Positions 48,191-57,332 are shown, counted from the first letter of the stretch. The stretch: 64,000 nucleotides of DNA from Muribaculaceae bacterium (GCA_009775125.1 VSPD01000005.1:6071-70070), one strand, 5' to 3'. Numbers and translations are program-made. The notes: generated from the letters alone by a model not told the origin.

Positions 48191-49735
48191 ATGAAGAAGA
48201 TATTATTCCTTTCTGCGCTTGCAGCCACAGCTATCGGCGCGTCGGCACAGACACCGGCCGACACTATGCGGATGAATTTTCTGAATCCGCATCACGATGA
48301 AGTGCTGGTGGCAGTGCATCGCGGCGACTGGCGCAACTATGCCGAAAACTGCCTCGAAGGCATCGAGAGCGCGGTGAAAATGGGTGCTGATATTGTCGAA
48401 ATCGACCTTTGGCGCACAGCCGACGGCGAACTCGTGCTGATGCACGACCGCACCATCGACCGCACATCTACGGGCAAGGGCAAGGTGGCCGACCTCACTC
48501 TCGACTCAATACGCGGCGTGCAGCTGCGCAACGGCGTGCGTGCACGCACACCCTACCGCATCCCCACACTCGAAGAAGCACTCGTGGCTAACAAAGGCCG
48601 TGTGCTGTTCAATCTCGACAAAGCCTTCGACTATTTCGACCAAGTGATGGAAATACTCGACCGGACAGGCACCACATCGCAAGTGATAATGAAATCGGAA
48701 GCTCCTGCCGGTGAAGTTAAAGAAAAATACGGCAAATATCTCGACCGCGTGATCTACATGCCTATCGTGCGAATCGACCGCCCCGGAGCCGTGGAGAAGG
48801 TGAAAGAATATCTCGACGTGCTGGCTCCGCCTGCTTTCGAATTCACATATGCCGACTCGACATGCACCACGGGAGTGGAACTTGCCGAAATGCTGAAAGG
48901 CCGCAGCCGCGTTTGGTACAATTCGCTGTGGGGCTCGCTTTGCGGCGGACGCGACGATTTCGCATCAATGAAGCGTCCGGCCGACGGCTGGGGCTATCTC
49001 ATCGACTCGCTCGGCTGCTCCATAATGCAGACCGACCAGCCCGCCCCGCTTATCAAATATCTGAAAGACCGCCGGCTGAAAGATTCGCTCCGCGAGAAAG
49101 ACCGTGCGCGCGAACGGGCACGCGACTGGGCAAAGTTCAGCCGATATGCCGAAAAGAACGATTCGCTCATCGCAACAGGAACACGCCCGGAAGTAGTGTT
49201 TATGGGCAACTCCATAACCGACGCATGGGCCAAGCACCGTCCCGGATTTTTCTCTGCCAACAATTTCACAGGCCGAGGCATCTCGGGGCAGACATCGAGC
49301 CATATGCTTGTCCGCTTCCAGGAAGACGTGATAGCCCTGCATCCGAAAGCCGTGGTGATTCTCGCCGGAATAAACGACCTTGCGCAGAACAACGGCACCA
49401 TCTCCGTCGAAAACATTTTCGGCAACATAAAATCAATGTGCCAACTTGCCAAGGCCAACGGCATCGAGCCGGCCGTGGCTTCGCTGCTTCCGTCGGACTC
49501 GATAAGGTGGAACAAGTCGGTGAAGGCAGGCGACTCCGTGCGCCGTCTCAACCAAATGCTTCGCGACTATGCCGCCGAGAACAAATTTATATATGTCGAT
49601 TATTACACAGCCTTAGACAACGGCACCGGACATATGGACACAAACGTGTCGGCCGACGGCGTGCACCCCACATTGGCCGGCTATGACATAATGGAAGCCG
49701 TGGCTAAGAAATCCCTGAAAAAATATATCAAATGA
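48191..49735 (+). CDS. Fusion of glycerophosphodiester phosphodiesterase (GDPD) and SGNH/GDSL esterase domains, secreted
   Basis: ATG at 48191, 1 nt after the GH65 stop, with a signal peptide. GDPD motifs are HRGDWRNYAENCLEGI, EIDLW and LMHD. SGNH blocks are FMGNSITD, GISGQTS, LAGINDL and DGVHP. Confidence 0.85.
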   Translation: MKKILFLSALAATAIGASAQTPADTMRMNFLNPHHDEVLVAVHRGDWRNYAENCLEGIESAVKMGADIVEIDLWRTADGELVLMHDRTIDRTSTGKGKVADLTLDSIRGVQLRNGVRARTPYRIPTLEEALVANKGRVLFNLDKAFDYFDQVMEILDRTGTTSQVIMKSEAPAGEVKEKYGKYLDRVIYMPIVRIDRPGAVEKVKEYLDVLAPPAFEFTYADSTCTTGVELAEMLKGRSRVWYNSLWGSLCGGRDDFASMKRPADGWGYLIDSLGCSIMQTDQPAPLIKYLKDRRLKDSLREKDRARERARDWAKFSRYAEKNDSLIATGTRPEVVFMGNSITDAWAKHRPGFFSANNFTGRGISGQTSSHMLVRFQEDVIALHPKAVVILAGINDLAQNNGTISVENIFGNIKSMCQLAKANGIEPAVASLLPSDSIRWNKSVKAGDSVRRLNQMLRDYAAENKFIYVDYYTALDNGTGHMDTNVSADGVHPTLAGYDIMEAVAKKSLKKYIK

Positions 49736-51063
49736 ATTTCCTTAAATATTTTTCAATATCATCGCCCACGCGTCGCATCACCGACGCAGCCGAGGTGGAG
49801 GCTCGCTACAAGCGGCTGAGATGGCAGATTTTTCTGTCGGCCACACTGGGCTACGGGCTTTTTTACGTGTGCCGTTTGAGCCTGAACGTGATAAAGAAAC
49901 CGCTTGTCGACGCCGGCGTGGTGTCGGAGACCGAACTTGGCATCATCGGTTCGGGCTTGTTCATAACCTATGCCGTGGGGAAATTTACCAACGGCTTCCT
50001 TGCCGACCGCGCCAATGTGCGGCGATTTATGTCGGCCGGCCTGTTGATAACGGCACTTATCAATCTCGCGCTTGGGTTCGGCGTTGGGTTCGGCGCGTTT
50101 GTGGCCTTGTGGGCATTGAACGGCTGGGCGCAGTCGATGGGCGCGGCACCCTGCGTTGTGGCGTTGAGCCGCTGGTTTTCCGACAAGGACCGCGGGTCGG
50201 TCTATGGCTTCTGGTCGTCGAGCCACAATATAGGCGAGGCCATCACCTTTATAGCCACAGCCGCTATCGTGAGCGTGGCCGGCTGGCAATGGGGCTTCCG
50301 CGGAGCCGCCTTGCTCGGACTGCTCGGGTTTGTGATTGTGGCCGTGTTTATGCGCGATACGCCCCAATCGTGCGGCCTGCCCCCGGTCAGCAACGATGCA
50401 GTCGCGGGCAATGTCGCCGACCAAAACGAAATATCACGGATGCAAAAAGCCGTGCTCCGCAATCCGGCCATATGGATGCTTGCCCTTGGCAGCGCGTTTA
50501 TGTACATTAGCCGCTACGCCGTGAACTCATGGGGCGTGTTTTTCCTCGAAGCCAACAAGGGCTACACTACTTTGGAAGCCAGTTCGATCATATCTGTAAG
50601 CTCGGTGTGCGGTATCATAGGCACAGTAATGTCGGGCTGGGTATCCGACCGTTTTTTCGGAGGCCGACGCAACCTGCCCGCGCTAATTTTCGGACTTATG
50701 AACATAACGGGATTGTGTCTGTTCCTGCTTGTCGACGGTCCGGCGGCCATTGACATAGCCGCCATGGTTATATTCGGCATCGCCATCGGAGCCCTGATAT
50801 GCTATCTCGGCGGTCTCATGGCCATAGACATAGCATCGAAGAAGGCTTCGGGAGCCGCGCTCGGCGTGGTGGGCATAGCATCGTATCTCGGAGCCGCCAT
50901 TCAGGATTTTGTCAGCGGCATGATGATAGGCTCCGGGCGCAGCGGCGGCGCAGGCGAGACCGTTTACGATTTTTCGGGCATCGCTATATTCTGGATTTCT
51001 GCCGCTGTCGTTTCAGTGTTGTGCGTGCTCACGGTGTGGAACGCCAAAGCAAAAGAGCAATGA
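49732..51063 (+). CDS. MFS transporter of the organophosphate:Pi antiporter family (GlpT/UhpC-like)
   Basis: 443 aa and 12-TM sized. LGYGLFYVCRLSLNV, GKFTNGFLADRANVRRF and LSRWFSDKDRGSVYGFW are typical of GlpT/UhpT/UhpC. ATGA overlap with the upstream gene. Confidence 0.85.
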   Translation: MNFLKYFSISSPTRRITDAAEVEARYKRLRWQIFLSATLGYGLFYVCRLSLNVIKKPLVDAGVVSETELGIIGSGLFITYAVGKFTNGFLADRANVRRFMSAGLLITALINLALGFGVGFGAFVALWALNGWAQSMGAAPCVVALSRWFSDKDRGSVYGFWSSSHNIGEAITFIATAAIVSVAGWQWGFRGAALLGLLGFVIVAVFMRDTPQSCGLPPVSNDAVAGNVADQNEISRMQKAVLRNPAIWMLALGSAFMYISRYAVNSWGVFFLEANKGYTTLEASSIISVSSVCGIIGTVMSGWVSDRFFGGRRNLPALIFGLMNITGLCLFLLVDGPAAIDIAAMVIFGIAIGALICYLGGLMAIDIASKKASGAALGVVGIASYLGAAIQDFVSGMMIGSGRSGGAGETVYDFSGIAIFWISAAVVSVLCVLTVWNAKAKEQ

Positions 51064-51935
51064 TACGCCGCTTTATATTATCGGCAATTTCATTGCTTCT
51101 TTCAATCATTGCCCCTGCGCAGGCTCCGGCACGACTGGCAGTGCGCATGGACGACATGGGAGCCTTCCATTCTGTAAACCGCGCCATAATGGACGTATAT
51201 GCCGACGGAATCTCGCAAAGCGTGGAGATAATGCCCGTAGGACAATGGTATCCCGAGGCGGTGAAGATGCTCGCCGAGGCTCCGGGCATCGACGCAGGCG
51301 TGCATCTTGCCATAACATCCGAGTGGGAAAACGCCAGATGGCGTCCTCTCACCCATTGTCCTTCGCTTGTCGACAGCATGGGCTATTTCCGGCCCATGAT
51401 GAAACCTAACGCCGCCTATCCGGGGCTGTCGGTGAAAGAAGCCGGCTACGACATAGGCGAGGTGGAACGGGAGTTCCGCGCCCAAATCGAGAGGGCGCGG
51501 AAAGATGTGCCCTCCCTGTCGCATCTTTCCAACCACATGGGCAGCGCGGCCGCTTTTCCGGAAATCGACTCGCTCATCCACGTCCTGGCCCGCGAATACA
51601 ATTTGCCGTTTGTCGACGCTCCCGACAAGAAAATCATGGGATTCTCGCGCGTAAATTACACATCGCCCGACGGAAACAAAGGACCGCACGGCTCCTTGGC
51701 GGAAAAAGAGGAATCATTTATCAACATGCTGCGTTCACTCCGTTCCGGCCACAATTACATGTTCCTGGAACATCCCGCCTACGACGATTCCGAGATGTCG
51801 CCCATATTCCATATCGGCAACGAGAATGTGGGCGCCGACCGTCAAGGAGTGACCGACATGCTCAAAAGCCCACGCGTGCGCCAAGCCCTGCGCGACTGCA
51901 ACGTGCAACTAATACGAATCTCGGAGCTTTTCTAA
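51060..51935 (+). CDS. YdjC/ChbG-family carbohydrate deacetylase with signal peptide
   Basis: ATG at 51060 (ATGA overlap). MIRRFILSAISLLLSIIAPAQA is followed by RMDDMG, GVHLAITSEW and LSNHMGS, matching the YdjC-like pattern. Confidence 0.7.
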   Translation: MIRRFILSAISLLLSIIAPAQAPARLAVRMDDMGAFHSVNRAIMDVYADGISQSVEIMPVGQWYPEAVKMLAEAPGIDAGVHLAITSEWENARWRPLTHCPSLVDSMGYFRPMMKPNAAYPGLSVKEAGYDIGEVEREFRAQIERARKDVPSLSHLSNHMGSAAAFPEIDSLIHVLAREYNLPFVDAPDKKIMGFSRVNYTSPDGNKGPHGSLAEKEESFINMLRSLRSGHNYMFLEHPAYDDSEMSPIFHIGNENVGADRQGVTDMLKSPRVRQALRDCNVQLIRISELF

Positions 51936-51967
51936 TTCGCATTTTTTGCCTAACTTTGCACAGTTGC

Positions 51968-52023
51968 AGGAACACAAGCCTCCGGCTTGTGATTTATTTC
52001 ACAAGCCGGAGGCTTGTGTTCCT
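51968..52023. repeat. REP-B doublet
   Basis: AGGAACACAAGCCTCCGGCTTGTG (51968-51991) and its exact reverse complement (52000-52023). It is preceded by a TAACTTTG box (51951-51958) and lies 10 nt before the next ATG. Confidence 0.92.
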
Positions 52024-52033
52024 GCATATTTAT

Positions 52034-52999
52034 ATGACTATGGATTATCTGGAATTTGCAAAGGTGTGGAATGACGGACACCGTTTTGTCGAAATGAAAA
52101 CGTCGGGGTCGACAGGCACTCCGAAGACGATAAGGATGTCGAAGGCCGACATGGCCCGGTCGGCCCGCGCCACCAACGCGCATTTTGGCATAACGTCTTC
52201 CTCCGTGCTTGGCATCCCGCTTTCAATGGATTATGTCGCCGGCAAGATGATGGCGGTGAGGGCATGGGAGGCCGGTTGCCGTCTTGTCGTAATTGAACCG
52301 TCGAACGGATTCGTTCTGCCCGAGCGCGTCGACCTGCTCAGCATCGTGCCGTCGCAAATTGAGAATGTCCTCAACAGTTATATCCCTGCCGATATTGGCG
52401 CGTTGCTCATAGGCGGGGCGGCTCCCCGCGCCGACATGATTGCACGGCTGCGCGACAGGGGGTTCAAGGGAGCCGTGACATATGGCATGACCGAGACGGC
52501 GAGCCATGTCGCTCTTGCCGACATCGCGGCAGAGGATGCGCCTTTCGAGGCGTTGCCCGGGATAGTTTTTTCCACCGACAGCCGTGGCTGCCTTGTGATA
52601 GACGCGCCGGATTTCGACTATCGCAGCGTTACGACCAATGATATTGTGACGCTGATCGACAATCGTCGATTCCGTATGCACGGACGCATCGACAATGCAA
52701 TAAACTCCGGCGGGATAAAGATTCACCCCGAGATGCTCGAACGCGCCATCCCCTCCGATTTTGCCTATCCCTTCTATTTCACAGGCGAAGCCGACGAGAA
52801 ATGGGGCGAAAGGCTTGTGCTTGTAATCGAATGTCGGGCTGACGAGGCCGCGGAAACAGGCCGTGAAATAAACAGGCTTATCCCCGGCCATATGCTCAAA
52901 CGCATCTATGCTGTGGATAGAATCCCCACTACATCCACCGGCAAACCACGACGGCTCCCGCCCTCGCAACTCAATGTAATTTACTCAATAGTATTATAA
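52034..52999 (+). CDS. Short AMP-binding acyl-CoA ligase (MenE-like)
   Basis: ATG at 52034. TSGSTGTPK P-loop, YGMTET, GRIDNAINSGGIKI and a C-terminal Lys (STGKPRR). Confidence 0.65.
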   Translation: MTMDYLEFAKVWNDGHRFVEMKTSGSTGTPKTIRMSKADMARSARATNAHFGITSSSVLGIPLSMDYVAGKMMAVRAWEAGCRLVVIEPSNGFVLPERVDLLSIVPSQIENVLNSYIPADIGALLIGGAAPRADMIARLRDRGFKGAVTYGMTETASHVALADIAAEDAPFEALPGIVFSTDSRGCLVIDAPDFDYRSVTTNDIVTLIDNRRFRMHGRIDNAINSGGIKIHPEMLERAIPSDFAYPFYFTGEADEKWGERLVLVIECRADEAAETGREINRLIPGHMLKRIYAVDRIPTTSTGKPRRLPPSQLNVIYSIVL

Positions 53000-53002
53000 C
53001 AG

Positions 53003-53032
53003 AAACGCCGCCCGAGTCGTCGGGCGGCGTTT
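53003..53032. terminator. Bidirectional terminator hairpin between convergent genes
   Basis: AAACGCCGCCCGA-gtcg-TCGGGCGGCGTTT, flanked by T-rich sequence on the + strand and A-rich sequence upstream. Confidence 0.7.
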
Positions 53033-53054
53033 ATTGTTATTGAAGGTATTGGTG

Positions 53055-56000
53055 TCAGAAGACGATTTTGGCGACTTTGGAGTCTTGGCGGCGAATTACT
53101 AATTGTCCGGGAGCGGGATTGGCGATGCGCTGTCCCTGGATGTTGAAGTAATGGACGGGGGCGTCGGTGTCGACGGGTAATTCTATATCGTCGATGCCGG
53201 TGACGCTAAGATCCAGACCATAGGTTTGGTTTATAAGATTGGCCTTGGCGGCAACATAGTCCTGCATCTTGGCTACATGCTCGGCATATGTGGCATACTG
53301 GGGCGACGGGTTCTGGTGGATTACATCGGAAAGGACAGGCCAGCGTTGGAAATTGAGTTGCTGCGAAAGGTCGATTTTTTCCGACTGTTCCTGAATATAT
53401 TCATTGACAGAATTAGCATCGAGGCCGTTGTATTTGTGGGCGAGCGACCACAATTCGGTAAGGCGGGCTTTGTTGGCCGGGTCTTCGAGGAGGATACGGA
53501 TGAAACGCTGAACGGCACCGTCGCCGTTGGGATATTGGCGTTCGGGCGAGTCCCACCATTGGTTGAGGGGCATGTCGCCGGCATACATTCCTTTGTAGAT
53601 ATTGGTAAAATTGCCTTGGGAATCAAACGGATGATACATCATTTCGGTGAATTGCAGACGATTGTCGTTGTAGAAAGCAAGGTCAAGGTCCCACATCGGG
53701 CCTACATGCCACATATCGCTGCCCGTGTCCTTATACATATATATGCTCCAGAATGCGTCGGGATTTCCCACATATTCCTCGGCGATGAGATAGCGGAGGA
53801 AGGAATCGACGTCGAGACGGTCGCGGTAATCCGTTTCCATGCCCAGGCCGAAATCGTAGACCGATTTCATCATCTGCTCGAAACTTGATTTAAGGTTGGA
53901 GAATACCACGTCGTCGGCTACATTTACGGTGAGGGGGTCGGGCGATTTTATCGTGAGGGGGAAATCGTATTTCTTGCCGGCTGCGTCTTCGGCAGTTGCC
54001 ACCATCCATTCTCCGGCGGGTTCCTGATAGGCGTATGCGTCGACTTCGACAAGAAAACCGCCGTCGGCGGGCGCGGCGCTGTCCTCGCGGTCGATTTCTG
54101 TAATGTCGACACGGCCGGGACGCACGTCGATTTGGTCAGACAGCTGGTAAGTGCCCATATACTGGCCGTTGAATATAAGGTCGACCATCGAAGCCTGAGG
54201 CACAAACTCCATGCCGAGGCGGCGTCCCATCTCGAAACCTATGTTGTTGCGGAGCAAAGTTTTGTCGCTCTGATTGTTGATCATAGTCCACTTTTTACCC
54301 TTTGCCGTGGAGCCGAGTACTTTTGTGGATTTGTTGAACTTCATGCGGAACGGCTTTTTGTGGAACAGATTCCATGACGAGTTGCCGCGTCCACGTATTT
54401 GTGTTTTAGCGTCATCGACATTTACCTCGCCGTTCTCGTCGATAATGATTACACGCGAGCCTTCGAGAGTGTTACGTTCGCTCTTGTTGGACTGCGACTC
54501 GTCGAAGAACGTGTCGCCGACAGTGTTGACAATCACAAGCGGAAGCGAAGTGGGGCGATAGTAGACCGTCTCGTTTGTCGCACGAGCCAAAGCCTCGTCG
54601 GATGCCGCCTCAAAGCGGATGCCGGCAATGCGGCAAGTAGTGACATTGCAATCGTATTTGGAGCCGGGGCCGGCATAGCGCACATATTTGAACGCCTGAT
54701 TGCAGGAAACGGCGACGCTCTGCCACCGGCCGGGGGTGAAGTCATGGTCGAGCTCGTTGAGCATATACAGGGGCACGGCATCTATAAACGAAGGGTCGTT
54801 CGCGCCCTGGAACACGCCGAGATTATATTCGCTCTTGGCCACGCCCTCGGGCACGACATAAGAAATGCTCGTTATCACTTTCGGAGTGTCGAACGATGCT
54901 CCTACCCATTGGAGGCCGGCAAGGCCGAAGAAATCTGTCACCGTAGAGTTGTCGCCGTCGAAGGCGCGTGCCACATAAGGCTTCAAACCGCGGTTCGACT
55001 CCATATTTGCCCAAATAAGAGATGCGCCTTCCACGCCGAAATCGAGAGAAGAAGGCTCCTGAATGTCGGGCAAGTCATGGCTACTGTCGGCATAAACGGA
55101 GAAGTCGAAAATCTTGACGCCGTATTGGGTGGAGGCTTTTGTGCTTACAAACTTAATTTTGCGCACATCCTTCGCCGACGCGAGTATGTTTTCAGTGTAT
55201 TTTTTGCTGCTGTGGCCGGTTTCCGTAAACAGCACATTTTCCGCTCCATCGTTGTCGATGGCGATAACCTGATAATCGGCGGCAGATGCTGCTTCAAAGC
55301 TGATTGAAATGGCGGTGATGTCGTAAAGGGCGGCAAAGTCCACGATAAATCCGACGGTGTATGTACGCGATGCTTCATCGATTCCGGTATCGCCGTGCAT
55401 AGCCCACAAGCTGCCCATATTGTCGTCGAAAGCGCCGACCATCGAGCCGGTATCGGTTGGGTCGTTGAGCGGAGTGACCATTCTTTGCCAGTTGGAGTAA
55501 ATATTTATTTTCTCGCCGGAATAAGCCTTGATTTTAATCGGATTGGACTCGATGGCACCGGATTTTGCCACAATCTCTACCTCCCCGCCCTTGGCAGGAG
55601 TAAAGATGCCGTCGGCCACCGTCCCGGCCTCGGCTGGAATCACTTCATAGGCCACATCGCCGGCGCTGATGTCGGCTCCAATCTGGTCTTTTCCCTGCGC
55701 CGTGAGGGCGACAGACTCGCCCACTTTGGCCCAAGTCTTGTCGGCTGAAAGCAAAATCGACGAAAGAACCGTATTCTCCATTTTAAATACCCGGAATTCC
55801 CAGAACGATACGCCGTATTGCGTGCCTCGTGCAATGTTGGTGAATTTAATATATCGGGCGTTTTGGTCGCCTACATTATAGGCAGCGTCGACGGGGAACC
55901 CGGCAAGAGTTTTGTCGGTCTCGGCATATACAGTGGTATAGACGACGCCATCGTTGGACACGGCGAGAGTGAACGATTTTGAGTAAGCGCCTTCCCAACA

Positions 56001-56237
56001 GATTTGAATGGTGTTGAAAGCCTTGGCGCTGCCCATGTCGAGAATCCACTCCACGGCATCGATGCCATGGACCGATTCAAAACGAGTGCCGACATTGCCG
56101 TCGATAGCCGCGTTAGCCGAATTGCCGCCACTTGTAGCCGTGGCAGTGCCTCCGAGCGCGAGGTTCTCCTGTGCCATTGCCGCCGGCACGGCCGACACAA
56201 CGACAAGGAGCGAAAGTAAAAAGGATTTGAAAGACAT
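53055..56237 (-). CDS. T9SS-sorted CotH-kinase-fold protein with three F5/8 discoidin domains and a Big_2 domain
   Basis: Start chosen at 56237 (MSFKSFLLSLLVVVSAVPAAMAQ). It has three discoidin-like segments and a Big_2 segment. The CotH block reads IRGRGNSSWNLFHKKPFRMKFNKSTKVLG...KWTMINNQSDKTLLRNNIGFEMGRRLGM...NGQYMGTYQLSDQI. The CTD is VHYFNIQGQRIANPAPGQLVIRRQDSKVAKIVF. Confidence 0.8.
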   Translation of the reverse strand: MSFKSFLLSLLVVVSAVPAAMAQENLALGGTATATSGGNSANAAIDGNVGTRFESVHGIDAVEWILDMGSAKAFNTIQICWEGAYSKSFTLAVSNDGVVYTTVYAETDKTLAGFPVDAAYNVGDQNARYIKFTNIARGTQYGVSFWEFRVFKMENTVLSSILLSADKTWAKVGESVALTAQGKDQIGADISAGDVAYEVIPAEAGTVADGIFTPAKGGEVEIVAKSGAIESNPIKIKAYSGEKINIYSNWQRMVTPLNDPTDTGSMVGAFDDNMGSLWAMHGDTGIDEASRTYTVGFIVDFAALYDITAISISFEAASAADYQVIAIDNDGAENVLFTETGHSSKKYTENILASAKDVRKIKFVSTKASTQYGVKIFDFSVYADSSHDLPDIQEPSSLDFGVEGASLIWANMESNRGLKPYVARAFDGDNSTVTDFFGLAGLQWVGASFDTPKVITSISYVVPEGVAKSEYNLGVFQGANDPSFIDAVPLYMLNELDHDFTPGRWQSVAVSCNQAFKYVRYAGPGSKYDCNVTTCRIAGIRFEAASDEALARATNETVYYRPTSLPLVIVNTVGDTFFDESQSNKSERNTLEGSRVIIIDENGEVNVDDAKTQIRGRGNSSWNLFHKKPFRMKFNKSTKVLGSTAKGKKWTMINNQSDKTLLRNNIGFEMGRRLGMEFVPQASMVDLIFNGQYMGTYQLSDQIDVRPGRVDITEIDREDSAAPADGGFLVEVDAYAYQEPAGEWMVATAEDAAGKKYDFPLTIKSPDPLTVNVADDVVFSNLKSSFEQMMKSVYDFGLGMETDYRDRLDVDSFLRYLIAEEYVGNPDAFWSIYMYKDTGSDMWHVGPMWDLDLAFYNDNRLQFTEMMYHPFDSQGNFTNIYKGMYAGDMPLNQWWDSPERQYPNGDGAVQRFIRILLEDPANKARLTELWSLAHKYNGLDANSVNEYIQEQSEKIDLSQQLNFQRWPVLSDVIHQNPSPQYATYAEHVAKMQDYVAAKANLINQTYGLDLSVTGIDDIELPVDTDAPVHYFNIQGQRIANPAPGQLVIRRQDSKVAKIVF

Positions 56238-56531
56238 AAATAAAAAATTGAGATGCCTCAGACTCACAGGTCCGAGGAACATAAGATTTTTCAACAAAAG
56301 CGGGCTCGCGGTATCAAGATTCAAGCCATCGGGGAGAGAAAGCAGAAGAAGCATTCCGGAAAATCCGGCATTAATAGTTCGTACTCGCAAAGGTAGGCAA
56401 ATAAGTAGAATGGAGTCAAAAAATAACCATGTTTTACAACATAGTTATTTAATACATGCGCCACAATACGCTTATTATCAAAATGTTATCTTTCACGAAA
56501 GGTTAAGCCGATACATTTATTAGTATTTTTA

Positions 56532-56563
56532 TTTGCCAAATTCGTAAAAGGATTGTAACTTTG
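56532..56563 (+). promoter_or_regulatory. Promoter (-33 TTTG / -7 TAACTTTG) driving the cobalamin riboswitch transcript
   Basis: TTTG at 56532-56535 and TAACTTTG at 56556-56563 with a 20-nt spacer. The riboswitch begins immediately downstream. Confidence 0.65.
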
Positions 56564-56564
56564 C

Positions 56565-56712
56565 GGTGTCAAACACGCGACTCGGAAGCCGGTGAGAATC
56601 CGGCACAGTTCCCGCTGCTGTAATTTCCACAAAAAGTGACGGACATACAGAGCCATTGGCCCCACAGGCCGAGAAGGCGTCCGCCACGGAATAAGTCAGA
56701 AGACCCGCTGTT
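56565..56712 (+). promoter_or_regulatory. Cobalamin (B12) riboswitch aptamer
   Basis: GGAAGCCGGTGAGAATCCGGCACAGTTCCCGCTGCTGTAA core, then GCCATTGGCCCCACAGGCCGAGAAGGCG, and the B12 box AGTCAGAAGACCCGC. Order and spacing match the cobalamin riboswitch consensus. Confidence 0.85.
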
Positions 56713-56861
56713 TTGATTCATTGTAAGCCCGACGGGAAAATTGGGCAGCGATGCACCTCGTTCTATTCACAATGTACGATGCACGATGCACAGTTAGCCT
56801 GCGGGGACGCAGATTAATTGCGCATTGCACATTATAATATATATAATAAACCATCGTTTTA

Positions 56862-57311
56862 ATGAACCGATTTCTACTCTCAATCATGCTCTTGGCCGCA
56901 GCCGGCATAAGCCGCGGCGAAACGGTGCAGAAATTGGTGCTTCACGCCCTCGACGGCACGGAGATTGAATATCTCCTCGACAATGAGCCCGTTGTGACTT
57001 TCGAGGCCGGAAACGCCAAAATCACCGACAAGGCAGCTTCGGAATCTTTTCCCCTCGACGACATCGACTACTGGGATTTCCGCACCGAAGTGACAAACGC
57101 TGTCGAAACCGTGGAAAAGGCCACGGCCCGTATCTCCATCGACGGCCGCACCGCAACAGTGACAAACCCCAATGCAGCTACAGTGACGGTATATGCCGTC
57201 AACGGCACCGTCGTTGGCTCGCAACGTGCCGAAACTTGCACGTTTGAGCTTGCTCCCGGCCTCTATATCGTGGCCATCGGACAATCCGCACACAAAATTC
57301 TAATCCGCTAA
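56862..57311 (+). CDS. Small secreted protein consisting of a ~60-aa domain plus a T9SS C-terminal sorting domain
   Basis: Signal peptide MNRFLLSIMLLAAAGISRG. The C-terminus VTVYAVNGTVVGSQRAETCTFELAPGLYIVAIGQSAHKILIR is T9SS CTD-like. It is the first ORF after the riboswitch. Confidence 0.6.
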   Translation: MNRFLLSIMLLAAAGISRGETVQKLVLHALDGTEIEYLLDNEPVVTFEAGNAKITDKAASESFPLDDIDYWDFRTEVTNAVETVEKATARISIDGRTATVTNPNAATVTVYAVNGTVVGSQRAETCTFELAPGLYIVAIGQSAHKILIR

Positions 57312-57332
57312 TTCCAAACTGCAATATTTGCA

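Noticed and set aside
51951-51958. TAACTTTG box upstream of the MenE-like gene as a full promoter
   Set aside because: No TTTG element lies at the expected 19-21 nt upstream, and the REP-B doublet lies between the box and the ATG. This is too weak to annotate as a promoter.
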